DNA from: Opitutales bacterium
Lineage (GTDB): Bacteria > Verrucomicrobiota > Verrucomicrobiia > Opitutales > UBA9783
DNA length: 64,000 nt
Assembly: GCA_016286235.1 (NCBI GenBank)
Contig: JAEESJ010000013.1
Location: 1,950-65,949 of the forward strand
Direction of reading: 5' to 3'
Below the pieces are notes generated by a model that ran no database searches, was not told the DNA's origin, and was given only the letters and a program-made list of their open reading frames with translations. The position numbers and the translations under genes are program-made. Numbering within the stretch: position 1 is the first letter of the stretch; the number at the start of each line of letters is the position of its first letter. Shown piece by piece: positions 10,600 through 19,782 of this stretch.

Positions 10600-10641
10600 T
10601 TGACAGGTGGGAGATTGTGGGGGACAATGCAACAAAGTGGT
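10600..10641 (+). promoter_or_regulatory. putative mraZ promoter with overlapping GTGG[GT] direct repeats (MraZ-box-like)
   Basis: TTGACA (10600-10605), a 17-nt spacer, then GACAAT (10623-10628). GTGGG occurs at 10607 and 10617 and GTGGT at 10637, giving a 10-bp phasing. Located about 40 nt upstream of the mraZ ATG. Confidence 0.5.
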
Positions 10642-10666
10642 GAGCTTATAAGGCGTCGATATCCGC

Positions 10667-11125
10667 ATGGGGATTTTGGGAAACATTTTTGTCGGTGAAT
10701 TTTCGCATCAGTTGGATGCGAAAAACCGCCTGTGTATCCCATCAAAATGGCGATTTGTCGGCGACGATACCGATGTATATCTCGCACTTCCGAACCCCGT
10801 CGGTTGCATTACGATTTATCCGCCGAAGATGGTGGCGCGTCTGGAAGAAAAAGTGTCGGCAGTGAGTTTGGGAGACACAAAAGGGCAAAAAGTACTCGCG
10901 AAATTATTTTCGCAGGCCGACACATTCGGTTGCGACAAACAGGGGCGCATTACGTTATCCGAAAAGCTCATCCGACATGCGCATTTGGAGAAGAACGCGC
11001 TGTTGGTCGGCAGTTATGCGACGTTCAACATTTGGGAACCGCAGCGTTATCGCACGTACAGCGAAGGTTCGTTCGAAGACGAGGAGAATGAAATGAGCAA
11101 CTTACTGCAACAGCTAGGATTGTAG
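10667..11125 (+). CDS. mraZ: division/cell-wall cluster transcriptional regulator MraZ
   Basis: 152 aa. N-terminus FVGEFSHQLDAKNRLCIPSKWR and second-repeat DKQGRITLSEKL are the duplicated SpoVT/AbrB-like MraZ motifs. First gene of the dcw cluster. Confidence 0.9.
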   Translation: MGILGNIFVGEFSHQLDAKNRLCIPSKWRFVGDDTDVYLALPNPVGCITIYPPKMVARLEEKVSAVSLGDTKGQKVLAKLFSQADTFGCDKQGRITLSEKLIRHAHLEKNALLVGSYATFNIWEPQRYRTYSEGSFEDEENEMSNLLQQLGL

Positions 11126-11126
11126 G

Positions 11127-12038
11127 ATGGAAGGGCACACACCGGTTTTAAAAACGGAAATTCTGCAGGCGTTTAAGGACGTTTGCGGGACGGTGTGGGA
11201 CGGGACGTTCGGCGGCGGCGGGCATTCCGAAGCTCTGCTGAAACAAAATCCTTCTCTATATATTTTTGCGACCGATACAGATCCCGAAGCGGCAGGGCGT
11301 TCGGAATATGTGAAAAAGGAATTTCCGACGCGCTTTGAGTTTTTTCAAATCAACTTCTCGGAAATTGCCGATCTGCATCGAATCTTCGACGGCATTTTGC
11401 TGGATTTGGGTGTTTCTTCGTTCCAGCTGGAAACATCAAAGCGCGGGTTTTCGTTTCGCAACGAAGGTCCGCTCGATATGCGGATGAACCCGAACGTCGG
11501 TTTGTCGGCGCGCGATTTTTTGAAAAAAGCCTCTCCTGAAGCATTGACGCAAGCTATTCGCGAATACGGCGAAGAGCCGCAGTGGCGATCGGTCGTGCGG
11601 GCAATTTTGGAACATCGGGAGCGCGAAGACTGGGAAACAACGACCGATTTTGTTGCCTTCCTGGAACATCATACGTCGATTCCAAAATCCAAAAAGCCGA
11701 ACCTGCACTCGGCGACGCGCGTATTTCAGGGACTGCGCATTGCCGTCAATGATGAACTGAACCATTTGGAACGCGGACTGAAAGCGGCTTTTGAGTGTTT
11801 AAACTCCAACGGCCTGCTGGCGGTGATTACGTTTCATTCGCTCGAAGATCGCATCGTGAAGCGGCATTTCTACAATTGGTGCGGTCGCAGTCTGACGCGC
11901 GACGATGCACAACCGCGGCAGTTGAAAACGGTGCGTGCGACATTGATGACGCGCAAACCGATAACGGCGACGGAAGCGGAGATTTCGTCCAATCCGAGAG
12001 CGCGTTCGGCGAAACTGAGAATTTTAAAAAAGTTATGA
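11127..12038 (+). CDS. rsmH: 16S rRNA (cytosine1402-N4)-methyltransferase RsmH
   Basis: 303 aa. HTPVL..., DGTFGGGGHS and LLDLGVSSFQL motifs. Conserved position after mraZ. Confidence 0.92.
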   Translation: MEGHTPVLKTEILQAFKDVCGTVWDGTFGGGGHSEALLKQNPSLYIFATDTDPEAAGRSEYVKKEFPTRFEFFQINFSEIADLHRIFDGILLDLGVSSFQLETSKRGFSFRNEGPLDMRMNPNVGLSARDFLKKASPEALTQAIREYGEEPQWRSVVRAILEHREREDWETTTDFVAFLEHHTSIPKSKKPNLHSATRVFQGLRIAVNDELNHLERGLKAAFECLNSNGLLAVITFHSLEDRIVKRHFYNWCGRSLTRDDAQPRQLKTVRATLMTRKPITATEAEISSNPRARSAKLRILKKL

Positions 12039-12334
12039 ATATGAAACTCCTGAAATATAAATACGGCATTGTTGCCTTTTTTTGCCTGGCGGCAACGGGT
12101 GTCTTCAGTCTGTTCGGTATGCGTTATGCCGCTTCTAAACAGGCATTGCAGATAAAAACATTGGAACGGGAACTGCAAAAGTTGCGGACGCTCGATCGGC
12201 GCATGGATCTTTGTTTGGCGCATTGGCAACAGCAACAGAGAATTTTTTACGCGAAACATTCGGCACGGCGTATGCTTTGGATTAACAACGATAACCGCCT
12301 TCCGATGAAAATTTCTTTGGCTTATAACCGCTGA
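12035..12334 (+). CDS. ftsL: FtsL-like cell division protein (positional call)
   Basis: 99 aa from the ATG at 12035, which overlaps the rsmH stop (ATGA). Short cytoplasmic N-terminus, one TM (YGIVAFFCLAATGVFSLFGM), then a coiled-coil-like segment. Its stop overlaps the ftsI start. It occupies the canonical ftsL slot. Confidence 0.6.
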   Translation: MNMKLLKYKYGIVAFFCLAATGVFSLFGMRYAASKQALQIKTLERELQKLRTLDRRMDLCLAHWQQQQRIFYAKHSARRMLWINNDNRLPMKISLAYNR

Positions 12335-14034
12335 TGTCACCGCTGTTTTCAAAACGCTGTTATGTCGTCGTTGCACTGTTTGCGGCGGGATTTGCGGTCA
12401 TTGCTTCGCGTTTTCTTTACCTGGGATATTACGGACATCGGTTTGACGGATTTCTAAAAAGCGCGCGCCAACGTACCCGCATTATTCCCGCTTCGCGCGG
12501 AACCATTATTGATTGCCAAGGGCACGCCCTAACGTCGCAGCAACCCGTCTATGACATCGGCGTCGATTTAACGCAGATTTTGAAGAAAGATCGCGAAAAA
12601 TTGCCGTTATTGGCGGATATTTTAAGGCTTCCGCCGTCCGACTTGGCAGTTCTTTGGAAACCGTCGCAAATTCGCTGGAAGTCCCTGGCGAAAGAAGTAT
12701 CCGAAGTATCTTACGAAAAGATCAAAGCTCTGCGCATCAAAGGCGTGTACGGCAATCGCAAATTTCAACGGCATTACCTGCATGCGCCGAGCATGAGTTA
12801 CATTGTGGGTTTCATCAATGTCGAAGGACAGCCCGTTTGCGGCATCGAAAAGTTGATGCAGTTTTTCCTCAAAGGGCAGGACGGTTGGGTGGCATACGAG
12901 GTGAACGGAAAAGGCGACGAAATGCGACAGTATCGCAAACACGCTCTCGAGCCGACAGACGGTTATACCGTTGAACTGACATTGGACGACCGCATTCAGC
13001 AGTCGACGGAAGCAATTTTGTCGGAAGCGCGGGAACGTTTGCAAGCGCAATCAATTCAGGCGTTGGTGACGCGTCCAGCGACGAGCGAAGTATTGGCGTG
13101 CGTAACGGTTCCGTTTTTCGATTCCAATCACTATCGACAATATAAAACGGAAGCATTGACCAACGCTGCGCTTTCGAATGTCTACGAACCCGGGTCGGTG
13201 TTTAAAGCAATCACCGTTGCCGCGGCACTCGATTGCGGTGCTGTCAAAACGACCGATACCTTCAACTGCGGATTATCGAAAGCACTTTACCGCGGGAAAG
13301 AATTGCCGTTGCCGAAAGATTGGAAGACGTTCGTTCAAACAATGAACGTCGGCGAAATTTTGCATCATTCCAGCAATCGCGGAACGGTACAAATCGGGTT
13401 CAAACTCGGTGCCGAACGTCTGTACGACTACGGAAGGCGTTTCGGTTTCGGCGAAACAACCCGAACGGAATTTGCGGGTGAAACACGCGGCATTTTTCAT
13501 CCCCTCAACCGTTGGGACGGTTTAACGATTACGCGACTTCCGATGGGGCATGCTCTCGCCTGTTCGATTTTCCAGATGCATTACGCCATGGGAGCGATTG
13601 CCAACGGCGGCACTTTGATGTACCCGCAATTCGTTAAGCGCATTTACAACCCGAAAGGAGAAATCGTTCATACCTTTGAACCGAAAATGCGGCGGAAAGT
13701 TTTAAAAGAAACAACCGCCAAAACCATGCGCGATTTATTGTTGCTCGATGAACATTCGAAGGCATTTGTGCGCGGTTATGCGGTTGCCGGAAAAACGGGG
13801 ACGTCGCAAAAGATTGTCAACGGTCAGTATTCACACACGCAACACGTGGCGTCGTTTTCGGGATTTTTTCCGAATAGACGACCGCAATTCCAAATCACGG
13901 TTGTCGTTGATACGCCGCATGTACAGGGAACGGGATACGGCTCCATCGTAGCGGCACCGATTTTTAAAGAAATTGCCGACACCGTTATCGCGTGTACGGG
14001 AGTACCGCCGCAAACAAACATTTTGAAATTATGA
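12334..14034 (+). CDS. ftsI: peptidoglycan D,D-transpeptidase FtsI (class B PBP)
   Basis: 566 aa with an N-terminal TM. Motifs SxxK (SVFK), SxN (SSN) and KTG (AGKTGTS). Confidence 0.9.
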   Translation: MSPLFSKRCYVVVALFAAGFAVIASRFLYLGYYGHRFDGFLKSARQRTRIIPASRGTIIDCQGHALTSQQPVYDIGVDLTQILKKDREKLPLLADILRLPPSDLAVLWKPSQIRWKSLAKEVSEVSYEKIKALRIKGVYGNRKFQRHYLHAPSMSYIVGFINVEGQPVCGIEKLMQFFLKGQDGWVAYEVNGKGDEMRQYRKHALEPTDGYTVELTLDDRIQQSTEAILSEARERLQAQSIQALVTRPATSEVLACVTVPFFDSNHYRQYKTEALTNAALSNVYEPGSVFKAITVAAALDCGAVKTTDTFNCGLSKALYRGKELPLPKDWKTFVQTMNVGEILHHSSNRGTVQIGFKLGAERLYDYGRRFGFGETTRTEFAGETRGIFHPLNRWDGLTITRLPMGHALACSIFQMHYAMGAIANGGTLMYPQFVKRIYNPKGEIVHTFEPKMRRKVLKETTAKTMRDLLLLDEHSKAFVRGYAVAGKTGTSQKIVNGQYSHTQHVASFSGFFPNRRPQFQITVVVDTPHVQGTGYGSIVAAPIFKEIADTVIACTGVPPQTNILKL

Positions 14035-15578
14035 TACTCAATGCCGCTCTTTTATCCTACGCACCGTTACTGCAACGGTTCGCTTTCCCTTTGTTAAACA
14101 GTATGAATGCATCGGTTGATTTGAAAACGTTGTTGCGCGCGACGCAGGTAAAAAAGCGGTGCGGTTCCGACACCAATCCCGATATTACCAACATCGCTCT
14201 GCATCATCGACAAATTCGACCGAACGGTTTATTTTTCGCCGTTCCGGGATACGAAAATGACGGTTGCGATTACGTCCATGCGGCGATTGCCAACGGCGCG
14301 GAAGTCATTGTTACGGAAAACATTATTCCGCATTTGCCGAACGTCATTCAAATCCAAGTACCCGACGTACGTGTCGCCGTTGCGCAAATTGCGCGCGCGT
14401 TTTACGGCTTCCCCGATCAACAACTGCGCCTGACGGGTGTAACGGGAACAAGCGGGAAAACCACGACGACCTGGCTGTTGCACCACCTTTATCAGGCGGG
14501 ATTAAAGCAAAAAACGGGTCTTGTCGGCAGTCTGCATAACGATTTGGGACGGCGCGTTTTGCCTTCGGTTCGAACGACGCCCGACGCGGTAACGTTGATG
14601 AGTTATTTAAGCGAGATGGTTGCGGAGAACGTACAAAATGCCGTTATCGAAGCTTCTTCGCAAGGCATCGATCAAAAACGAACGTACGGCGTGCATTTCG
14701 ATACGGCGGTTTTCACAAATCTCGGACACGACCATCTGGATTATCATAAAACAACGGAAGCTTATTACCTTGCGAAACGTTCTTTATTTGAAGTTGCGAC
14801 TTTGAAACATGCCGTTATCAACATCGACGATCCGTATGGGCGGCGTTTATTAAAGGAACTCCCCGCATCGGTTCAAGCCGTCACGGTCGGTACCGACCAA
14901 ACGGCGGATTTGCGAGCAACCGACATTCGTTGGGATGTGAACGGAACGTGCTTTACGCTTGTATCTCCGCGAGGGAGCGCAACGGTACGTACGCGGTTAC
15001 TCGGGAAGTTTAATGTGTATAATGTCCTGACGGCGTTGGGCATATTATACGCGCAAGGCTACAACTTGTCGGAAGTTCTGCCGGCATTGGAACATTTTGC
15101 AGGTGTTCCGGAACGCTTGGAAGCGGTTGAAAATTCAAAGAAAATCAACATTTTCATCGATTTCGCCCATAAGCCCGAAGCATTGGAAAATGTTTTGCAA
15201 ACGTTGCGCGCCTGTACAAAAGGCAAGCTTTATGTTGTTTTCGGTTGCGGCGGCAATCGGGATCGTTCCAAACGTCCGCTGATGATGCATATCGCCGAAA
15301 CATACGCCGATCACGCGTGGGTAACGAGCGACAATCCGCGTTTTGAGCCGCAAGATCAGATCTTTGAAGACATACGCGGCGGGTTAACGGATGCAACGAA
15401 GGCGGATTTCATCACCGATCGGACGGAAGCGATTTATCGTGCGTTGAGGAAATGCAAAGAAGGCGATTGTATTTTGATTGCCGGGAAAGGTGCGGAGGAA
15501 ACGCAGGAAATCAACGGCCAGCTGCTGCCTTACAACGATCGCAAAACGGTCGAAGCGTATTTTCGTGCCGAAGGATAA
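14031..15578 (+). CDS. murE: UDP-N-acetylmuramoyl-tripeptide synthetase MurE
   Basis: Mur ligase P-loop GVTGTSGKTTT and a MurE-type C-terminus. The ATG at 14031 overlaps the ftsI stop (ATGA). An alternative ATG at 14103 is possible, and the ORF track starts at 13992. Confidence 0.9.
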   Translation: MILNAALLSYAPLLQRFAFPLLNSMNASVDLKTLLRATQVKKRCGSDTNPDITNIALHHRQIRPNGLFFAVPGYENDGCDYVHAAIANGAEVIVTENIIPHLPNVIQIQVPDVRVAVAQIARAFYGFPDQQLRLTGVTGTSGKTTTTWLLHHLYQAGLKQKTGLVGSLHNDLGRRVLPSVRTTPDAVTLMSYLSEMVAENVQNAVIEASSQGIDQKRTYGVHFDTAVFTNLGHDHLDYHKTTEAYYLAKRSLFEVATLKHAVINIDDPYGRRLLKELPASVQAVTVGTDQTADLRATDIRWDVNGTCFTLVSPRGSATVRTRLLGKFNVYNVLTALGILYAQGYNLSEVLPALEHFAGVPERLEAVENSKKINIFIDFAHKPEALENVLQTLRACTKGKLYVVFGCGGNRDRSKRPLMMHIAETYADHAWVTSDNPRFEPQDQIFEDIRGGLTDATKADFITDRTEAIYRALRKCKEGDCILIAGKGAEETQEINGQLLPYNDRKTVEAYFRAEG

Positions 15579-15590
15579 CAAGCAGTACGC

Positions 15591-16931
15591 ATGCCGAAAT
15601 TCGATCCGAACGACCTGCAACGTTGGACAAACGGCGTTTGGTCGAAAGTTCCGCAGGTTCCCGTTGAAGGATTTTGCTTTGATACGCGGAAATTAACGAA
15701 AAATGCGTGTTTTTTGGCGTTAAAAACCGCAACCAACGACGGGCATTTGTATGTAAAAACGGCTCGCAATTGCGGTGCGGCGGCGGCGATAGTGAAGCAT
15801 TTTATTGAAGATTGCGATTTGCCGCAGTTGAAAGTTGGAAATACGCTGTCGGCATTTCAGACGATTGCGCGCACGTATCGCCGAACGCTATCGACAAAAA
15901 TCATTACCGTAACGGGAAGTGCCGGGAAAACATCCGCAAAAGAGCTTTTGTCACTCCTTATCGGCGAAAGAACATTCAAATCGCACGAAAATTTAAACAA
16001 CACCCTCGGCGTTCCGTTTTCCTTGATGCAAATCGACAACTCCGTTCATAAAATTGCCGTTTTGGAAGCAGGCATCAGCGAAAAAGACGAAATGGACACG
16101 CTTGCGTCGATGTTGCAACCCGATGTATCTATTTTAATTAACGTCCAACCCGTTCATTTGGAACATTTCGGAACGCTTGAAGGTATTGCGACCGAAAAAG
16201 CAAAACTCTTAAATGCCGCGCAGGAACGTGCCTATTGTCCGAAGGAATTTTCTCATCTGTCAAAAAAAGTCCCGACGTACGTTTTTTCGGAGGATGCATC
16301 CGAAAAATTCGGGAATACCATTCTTTACTGCGTAACACCGACGAAAAGCGGATGGCAGTGCATTGTGCAATCGAAAACGTTTGATGTACCGTTTCCGCTG
16401 GGGCATCGCATGGCGCAAACGTTTACCATGATGATCGGCGTCGCGCTTAACGAAGGCATTTCGGCAAGTGACATCCAAACGCGCCTGTTACATTGGAAGC
16501 CGCTTGCGAACCGAGGCGCTTGGCAGCACATCGACAATCGTCGATATTTTGTCGACTGCTACAATGCCAATCCGTCGTCGTTCGAAAACAGTTTAGAGCA
16601 ATTTTATCGCGAAGTTTCGAAGGATATTCCGATTGCTTATGTTATCGGAAGTATGGAGGAACTCGGGGCGCAAAGTGTCGCTTTCCATCGGGCACTCGGA
16701 AAGAATTTTCACATCCAAAAAGAAGATGTATTCGTGTGTATCGGCACTTTTGCAGAGAACATCAAAGAAGGTTTATTACAACACGGCGCACATGTTTCGC
16801 AAATTTATACGTTCCAATCAACGGAAGAAGCGCGTTTGTGGGTCGAAAAACTTCCGCATACATACTTTTACCTAAAAGGGAGCCGAAAGTACCAACTGGA
16901 GAATGTAATTGTCCCGACGGATCGTCAGTGA
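15591..16931 (+). CDS. murF: UDP-MurNAc-tripeptide--D-Ala-D-Ala ligase MurF
   Basis: 446 aa. P-loop TVTGSAGKTSAKE and the conserved position after murE. Confidence 0.88.
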   Translation: MPKFDPNDLQRWTNGVWSKVPQVPVEGFCFDTRKLTKNACFLALKTATNDGHLYVKTARNCGAAAAIVKHFIEDCDLPQLKVGNTLSAFQTIARTYRRTLSTKIITVTGSAGKTSAKELLSLLIGERTFKSHENLNNTLGVPFSLMQIDNSVHKIAVLEAGISEKDEMDTLASMLQPDVSILINVQPVHLEHFGTLEGIATEKAKLLNAAQERAYCPKEFSHLSKKVPTYVFSEDASEKFGNTILYCVTPTKSGWQCIVQSKTFDVPFPLGHRMAQTFTMMIGVALNEGISASDIQTRLLHWKPLANRGAWQHIDNRRYFVDCYNANPSSFENSLEQFYREVSKDIPIAYVIGSMEELGAQSVAFHRALGKNFHIQKEDVFVCIGTFAENIKEGLLQHGAHVSQIYTFQSTEEARLWVEKLPHTYFYLKGSRKYQLENVIVPTDRQ

Positions 16932-17174
16932 TACTCTTCAACAGAGGCATTGGAGTACATGAAAGCCCCGAAGGATATTACCAACTGTTTTGCATTCGAC
17001 AAAAAGAAGCACGTTGCCGATATGCAACGGCGTCCCGTGAATTTTTTCATGAAATTCACCTTTGGGTTGGTGCTTTTGGTGTTTTTGGCACAAATCGTTT
17101 TCTTTTTCCTGTAATTCGGCGTACACAGTGATTTTCTTTTTGCCTTTTTCCAAAAAAATGCTTTCATAAAGAGC

Positions 17175-17768
17175 ATGTGCGAGGAGGAAGGTTGCGACTG
17201 CAAAAAAGAGAATGAATCCGTCAGCGGTGTTATCGAAAAGCAATTTCTAAAAGATCGGAAGGTTTTCCTCTGGGGCGAAGTCAATGACAAATCCGCAAAG
17301 GATGTCACGGAGAAGTTCATCTATCTGGAATTGCAGGATCCCGGGAAGCCGATCACGTTTTACATTAATACGCCTGGTGGTTCCATCACGGCAGGTATGG
17401 CGATTTACGACACAATGCGCCTGGTTCAATCGCCGATCTCGGTGGTTGTAACGGGTCTGGCGGCGAGCATGGGTTCCATTCTTCTCAGCGGTGCCCGAAA
17501 AGGTCTGCGTTTTCTTTACCCGCATGCGCGCGTTCTTATTCACCAGCCGCTGATTATGGGGCACATTGAAGCTTCTGCGGTGGATATTCATATTCAGGCG
17601 CAGGAAATGGAAAAATCCCGTGCGGAACTGAATAAAATTCTTGCCGAAGCTTCGGGGCAGACGATTGAAAAGATTACGCATGATACCGACAGGGATTTTT
17701 ACCTGAACGCCCAAGAAGCCATCGATTACGGTCTTGCGGACGAAATTATCGCGCAGGGGCTGAAGTAA
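17175..17768 (+). CDS. clpP: ATP-dependent Clp protease proteolytic subunit
   Basis: 197 aa. YINTPGGSITAGMAIYDTM, the active-site Ser in GLAASMGS and His in LIHQPL. No clpX follows. Confidence 0.9.
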   Translation: MCEEEGCDCKKENESVSGVIEKQFLKDRKVFLWGEVNDKSAKDVTEKFIYLELQDPGKPITFYINTPGGSITAGMAIYDTMRLVQSPISVVVTGLAASMGSILLSGARKGLRFLYPHARVLIHQPLIMGHIEASAVDIHIQAQEMEKSRAELNKILAEASGQTIEKITHDTDRDFYLNAQEAIDYGLADEIIAQGLK

Positions 17769-17829
17769 GCAGGTTTCGGAGCATCGAATTCCATGCGGTT
17801 TTTTGCCGGATAATTTCGGGTAAGATGTT

Positions 17830-18909
17830 ATGTTTATCGATGAGGCGGAAGTGTTTTGGAAAGCCGGGAACGGCGGCAACGGTTGTTGCAGTTTTCGGCG
17901 CGAGAAGTATCTTCCGAAGGGCGGTCCCGACGGCGGTGACGGCGGGAAAGGCGGAGATGTTGTTCTGGAATGTTCGCCGCACGTCAATGATTTAAGCGAA
18001 TTTCGTTATAAGCCGCAGGCAAAGGCGCAAAGCGGGCAGGACGGCATGGGTTCCGATTGCTACGGGCGCGGCGGCGAGGATTGTGTTTTAAAAGTTCCGC
18101 CCGGAACGCAAATCCTTGACCGTTACACGCAAACGCTTGTGGCGGAAGTTTTAAACCCGAACACACGCCTGGTCATTTTGAAAGGCGGGCGCGGCGGTTT
18201 GGGGAATTTACACTTCAAATCTTCCGTTAATCAAGCTCCGCGAAAAACAACGCGCGGTCAGCCGGGCGAAGAAGGTCGCTTTAAGTTGGTTTTGAAAACA
18301 ATCGCCGATGTCGGTTTGGTCGGCTTTCCGAATGCCGGCAAATCCTCGCTCATCCGTTGTCTTACCAACGCCCAGCCGAAGGTCGCAAATTATCCGTTCA
18401 CAACCCTGCATGCCAATGTCGGCGTGCTGACGGAAGAAAATCGGAATTTGTTGATTGCGGATATTCCGGGTCTCATCGAAGGAGCTTCGCAAAACAAGGG
18501 GCTCGGGTATCGTTTTCTGCGCCACATCGAACGTTGTCAGGCGTTGTTAATGGTGTTGGATGTCGGCAGTGAAGAAAGCGAGCCGTGGAAAGATTTTGAA
18601 CAGTTGCGCAACGAATTATCGCTCTACGGCATGGGATTGAGCGAAAAACCGTTCATTATCATTGCCAATAAGCGTGATTTGTCGGGTTTTGAGGAAAATT
18701 ACAGAATTTTCATGCAAAAATTCCCGAAATTAACCGTATTGCCGATTTCCTGCAAAAACGGTGACGGTTTGGAAGCTTTGAGGACGTATTTATTCGAACA
18801 TTTTTTGCCGAAAACTGCCGAAAGCGAGGAAGAAAACGCCTCGAAAGCGAAGGAACCCTTGGATACTGCGACTTCGGATGGAAAAGATCCTGGCGCATGT
18901 GCATCGTGA
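17830..18909 (+). CDS. obg: GTPase Obg/CgtA
   Basis: 359 aa. Glycine-rich Obg fold (AGNGGNGCCSFRREKY..GGPDGGDGGKGG). G-domain motifs GFPNAGKSS, DIPG and NKRD. Confidence 0.92.
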   Translation: MFIDEAEVFWKAGNGGNGCCSFRREKYLPKGGPDGGDGGKGGDVVLECSPHVNDLSEFRYKPQAKAQSGQDGMGSDCYGRGGEDCVLKVPPGTQILDRYTQTLVAEVLNPNTRLVILKGGRGGLGNLHFKSSVNQAPRKTTRGQPGEEGRFKLVLKTIADVGLVGFPNAGKSSLIRCLTNAQPKVANYPFTTLHANVGVLTEENRNLLIADIPGLIEGASQNKGLGYRFLRHIERCQALLMVLDVGSEESEPWKDFEQLRNELSLYGMGLSEKPFIIIANKRDLSGFEENYRIFMQKFPKLTVLPISCKNGDGLEALRTYLFEHFLPKTAESEEENASKAKEPLDTATSDGKDPGACAS

Positions 18910-18990
18910 AATACAAAGTAATACCTCATCGCCGTGTTGCTTTTAAAGACAGGCAAAGCGAAGAGACTTAGTATTGCACCATAATCAGCC

Positions 18991-19548
18991 ATGACGGAAC
19001 GTTTGTTTTTACACGCAGGATTTTCGGATTTTTGCGTCGGTTGGGCAAAAAACGACACATGGGCGTATGAACATATCGGCACGGAACCGATTACCGATCG
19101 ATTGTTTTCGGCGTTACGCCCGTGCACGGATGAAATTTCTTGGGAAAATACGGAAGTTTATTTGGTGAACGGCCCCGGTTCGACGTTGGGTATCCGCACC
19201 TTTTGCGCCTTCATACGTACGTTGCTTGTTCTGAAAAAACTCAATCCTTCGCAGGTTTTTGTCTGCGATGCGTTGCATTTTACACAGCTGATTTTAACAA
19301 ACCGAAACCCTCAACAACCCGTCTGTGCGCGCCTGAATGTTACGCAGGTGTTGTGTTTGAATTCGCTTAAAGATACCTTCCATACGCCGTCGGAAACGGA
19401 ACAACAACAGGCATTTTGGTTACCGCACCCGTGTTTATCAAAAGAAGTACAACTGTTTCGCTTTGAAATGAAGGAAATTCTCCCGTTATTGTCTCCGCAA
19501 TCCCCATGGGGAACAACGGATGTGCCCGATGTATTTCAGGCAAATTGA
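18991..19548 (+). CDS. TsaB-like protein (t6A biosynthesis, short form)
   Basis: 185 aa. VNGPGSTLGIRTFCAF matches the GPGSFTGxRIG core of TsaB/YeaZ. It is shorter than typical TsaB. Confidence 0.5.
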   Translation: MTERLFLHAGFSDFCVGWAKNDTWAYEHIGTEPITDRLFSALRPCTDEISWENTEVYLVNGPGSTLGIRTFCAFIRTLLVLKKLNPSQVFVCDALHFTQLILTNRNPQQPVCARLNVTQVLCLNSLKDTFHTPSETEQQQAFWLPHPCLSKEVQLFRFEMKEILPLLSPQSPWGTTDVPDVFQAN

Positions 19549-19570
19549 AAAAACGGCGTTGCCGGCAACG
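19548..19570 (-). terminator. possible rho-independent terminator for the transporter gene
   Basis: On the minus strand: CGTTG-CCGG-CAACG hairpin (19557-19570) followed by CCG TTTTTT. It lies about 210 nt downstream of the 19783 stop. The stem is short. Confidence 0.35.
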
Positions 19571-19782
19571 AGCTTCGGAATTCTAAAACACATCGACATG
19601 CTCCGAATGTTGAAGTTGTTTGCACGAAGTTGTATGCGGACTTAATTTATCGGCTTTTACCGATGTGGCACAATGCTTTCGACATCTCTTTCGAATGAAC
19701 GGATCGGCACGGATCATTCACACGATGCCTCTTGCCGTACCGTTCAATATGTGTTGAACCTGAAACATTCAATGCAAACATT

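Noticed and set aside
16938-17243. 101-aa minus-strand ORF between murF and clpP with a hydrophobic N-terminus
   Set aside because: It would run against the flanking plus-strand genes and overlap the clpP start by about 70 nt. It has no homology signal or RBS that I could see. It is kept only as a remote possibility.
17247-17987. 246-aa minus-strand ORF
   Set aside because: It is antisense to clpP and to the start of obg. It has a Pro/Arg-rich composition and no motifs. It is a shadow ORF.
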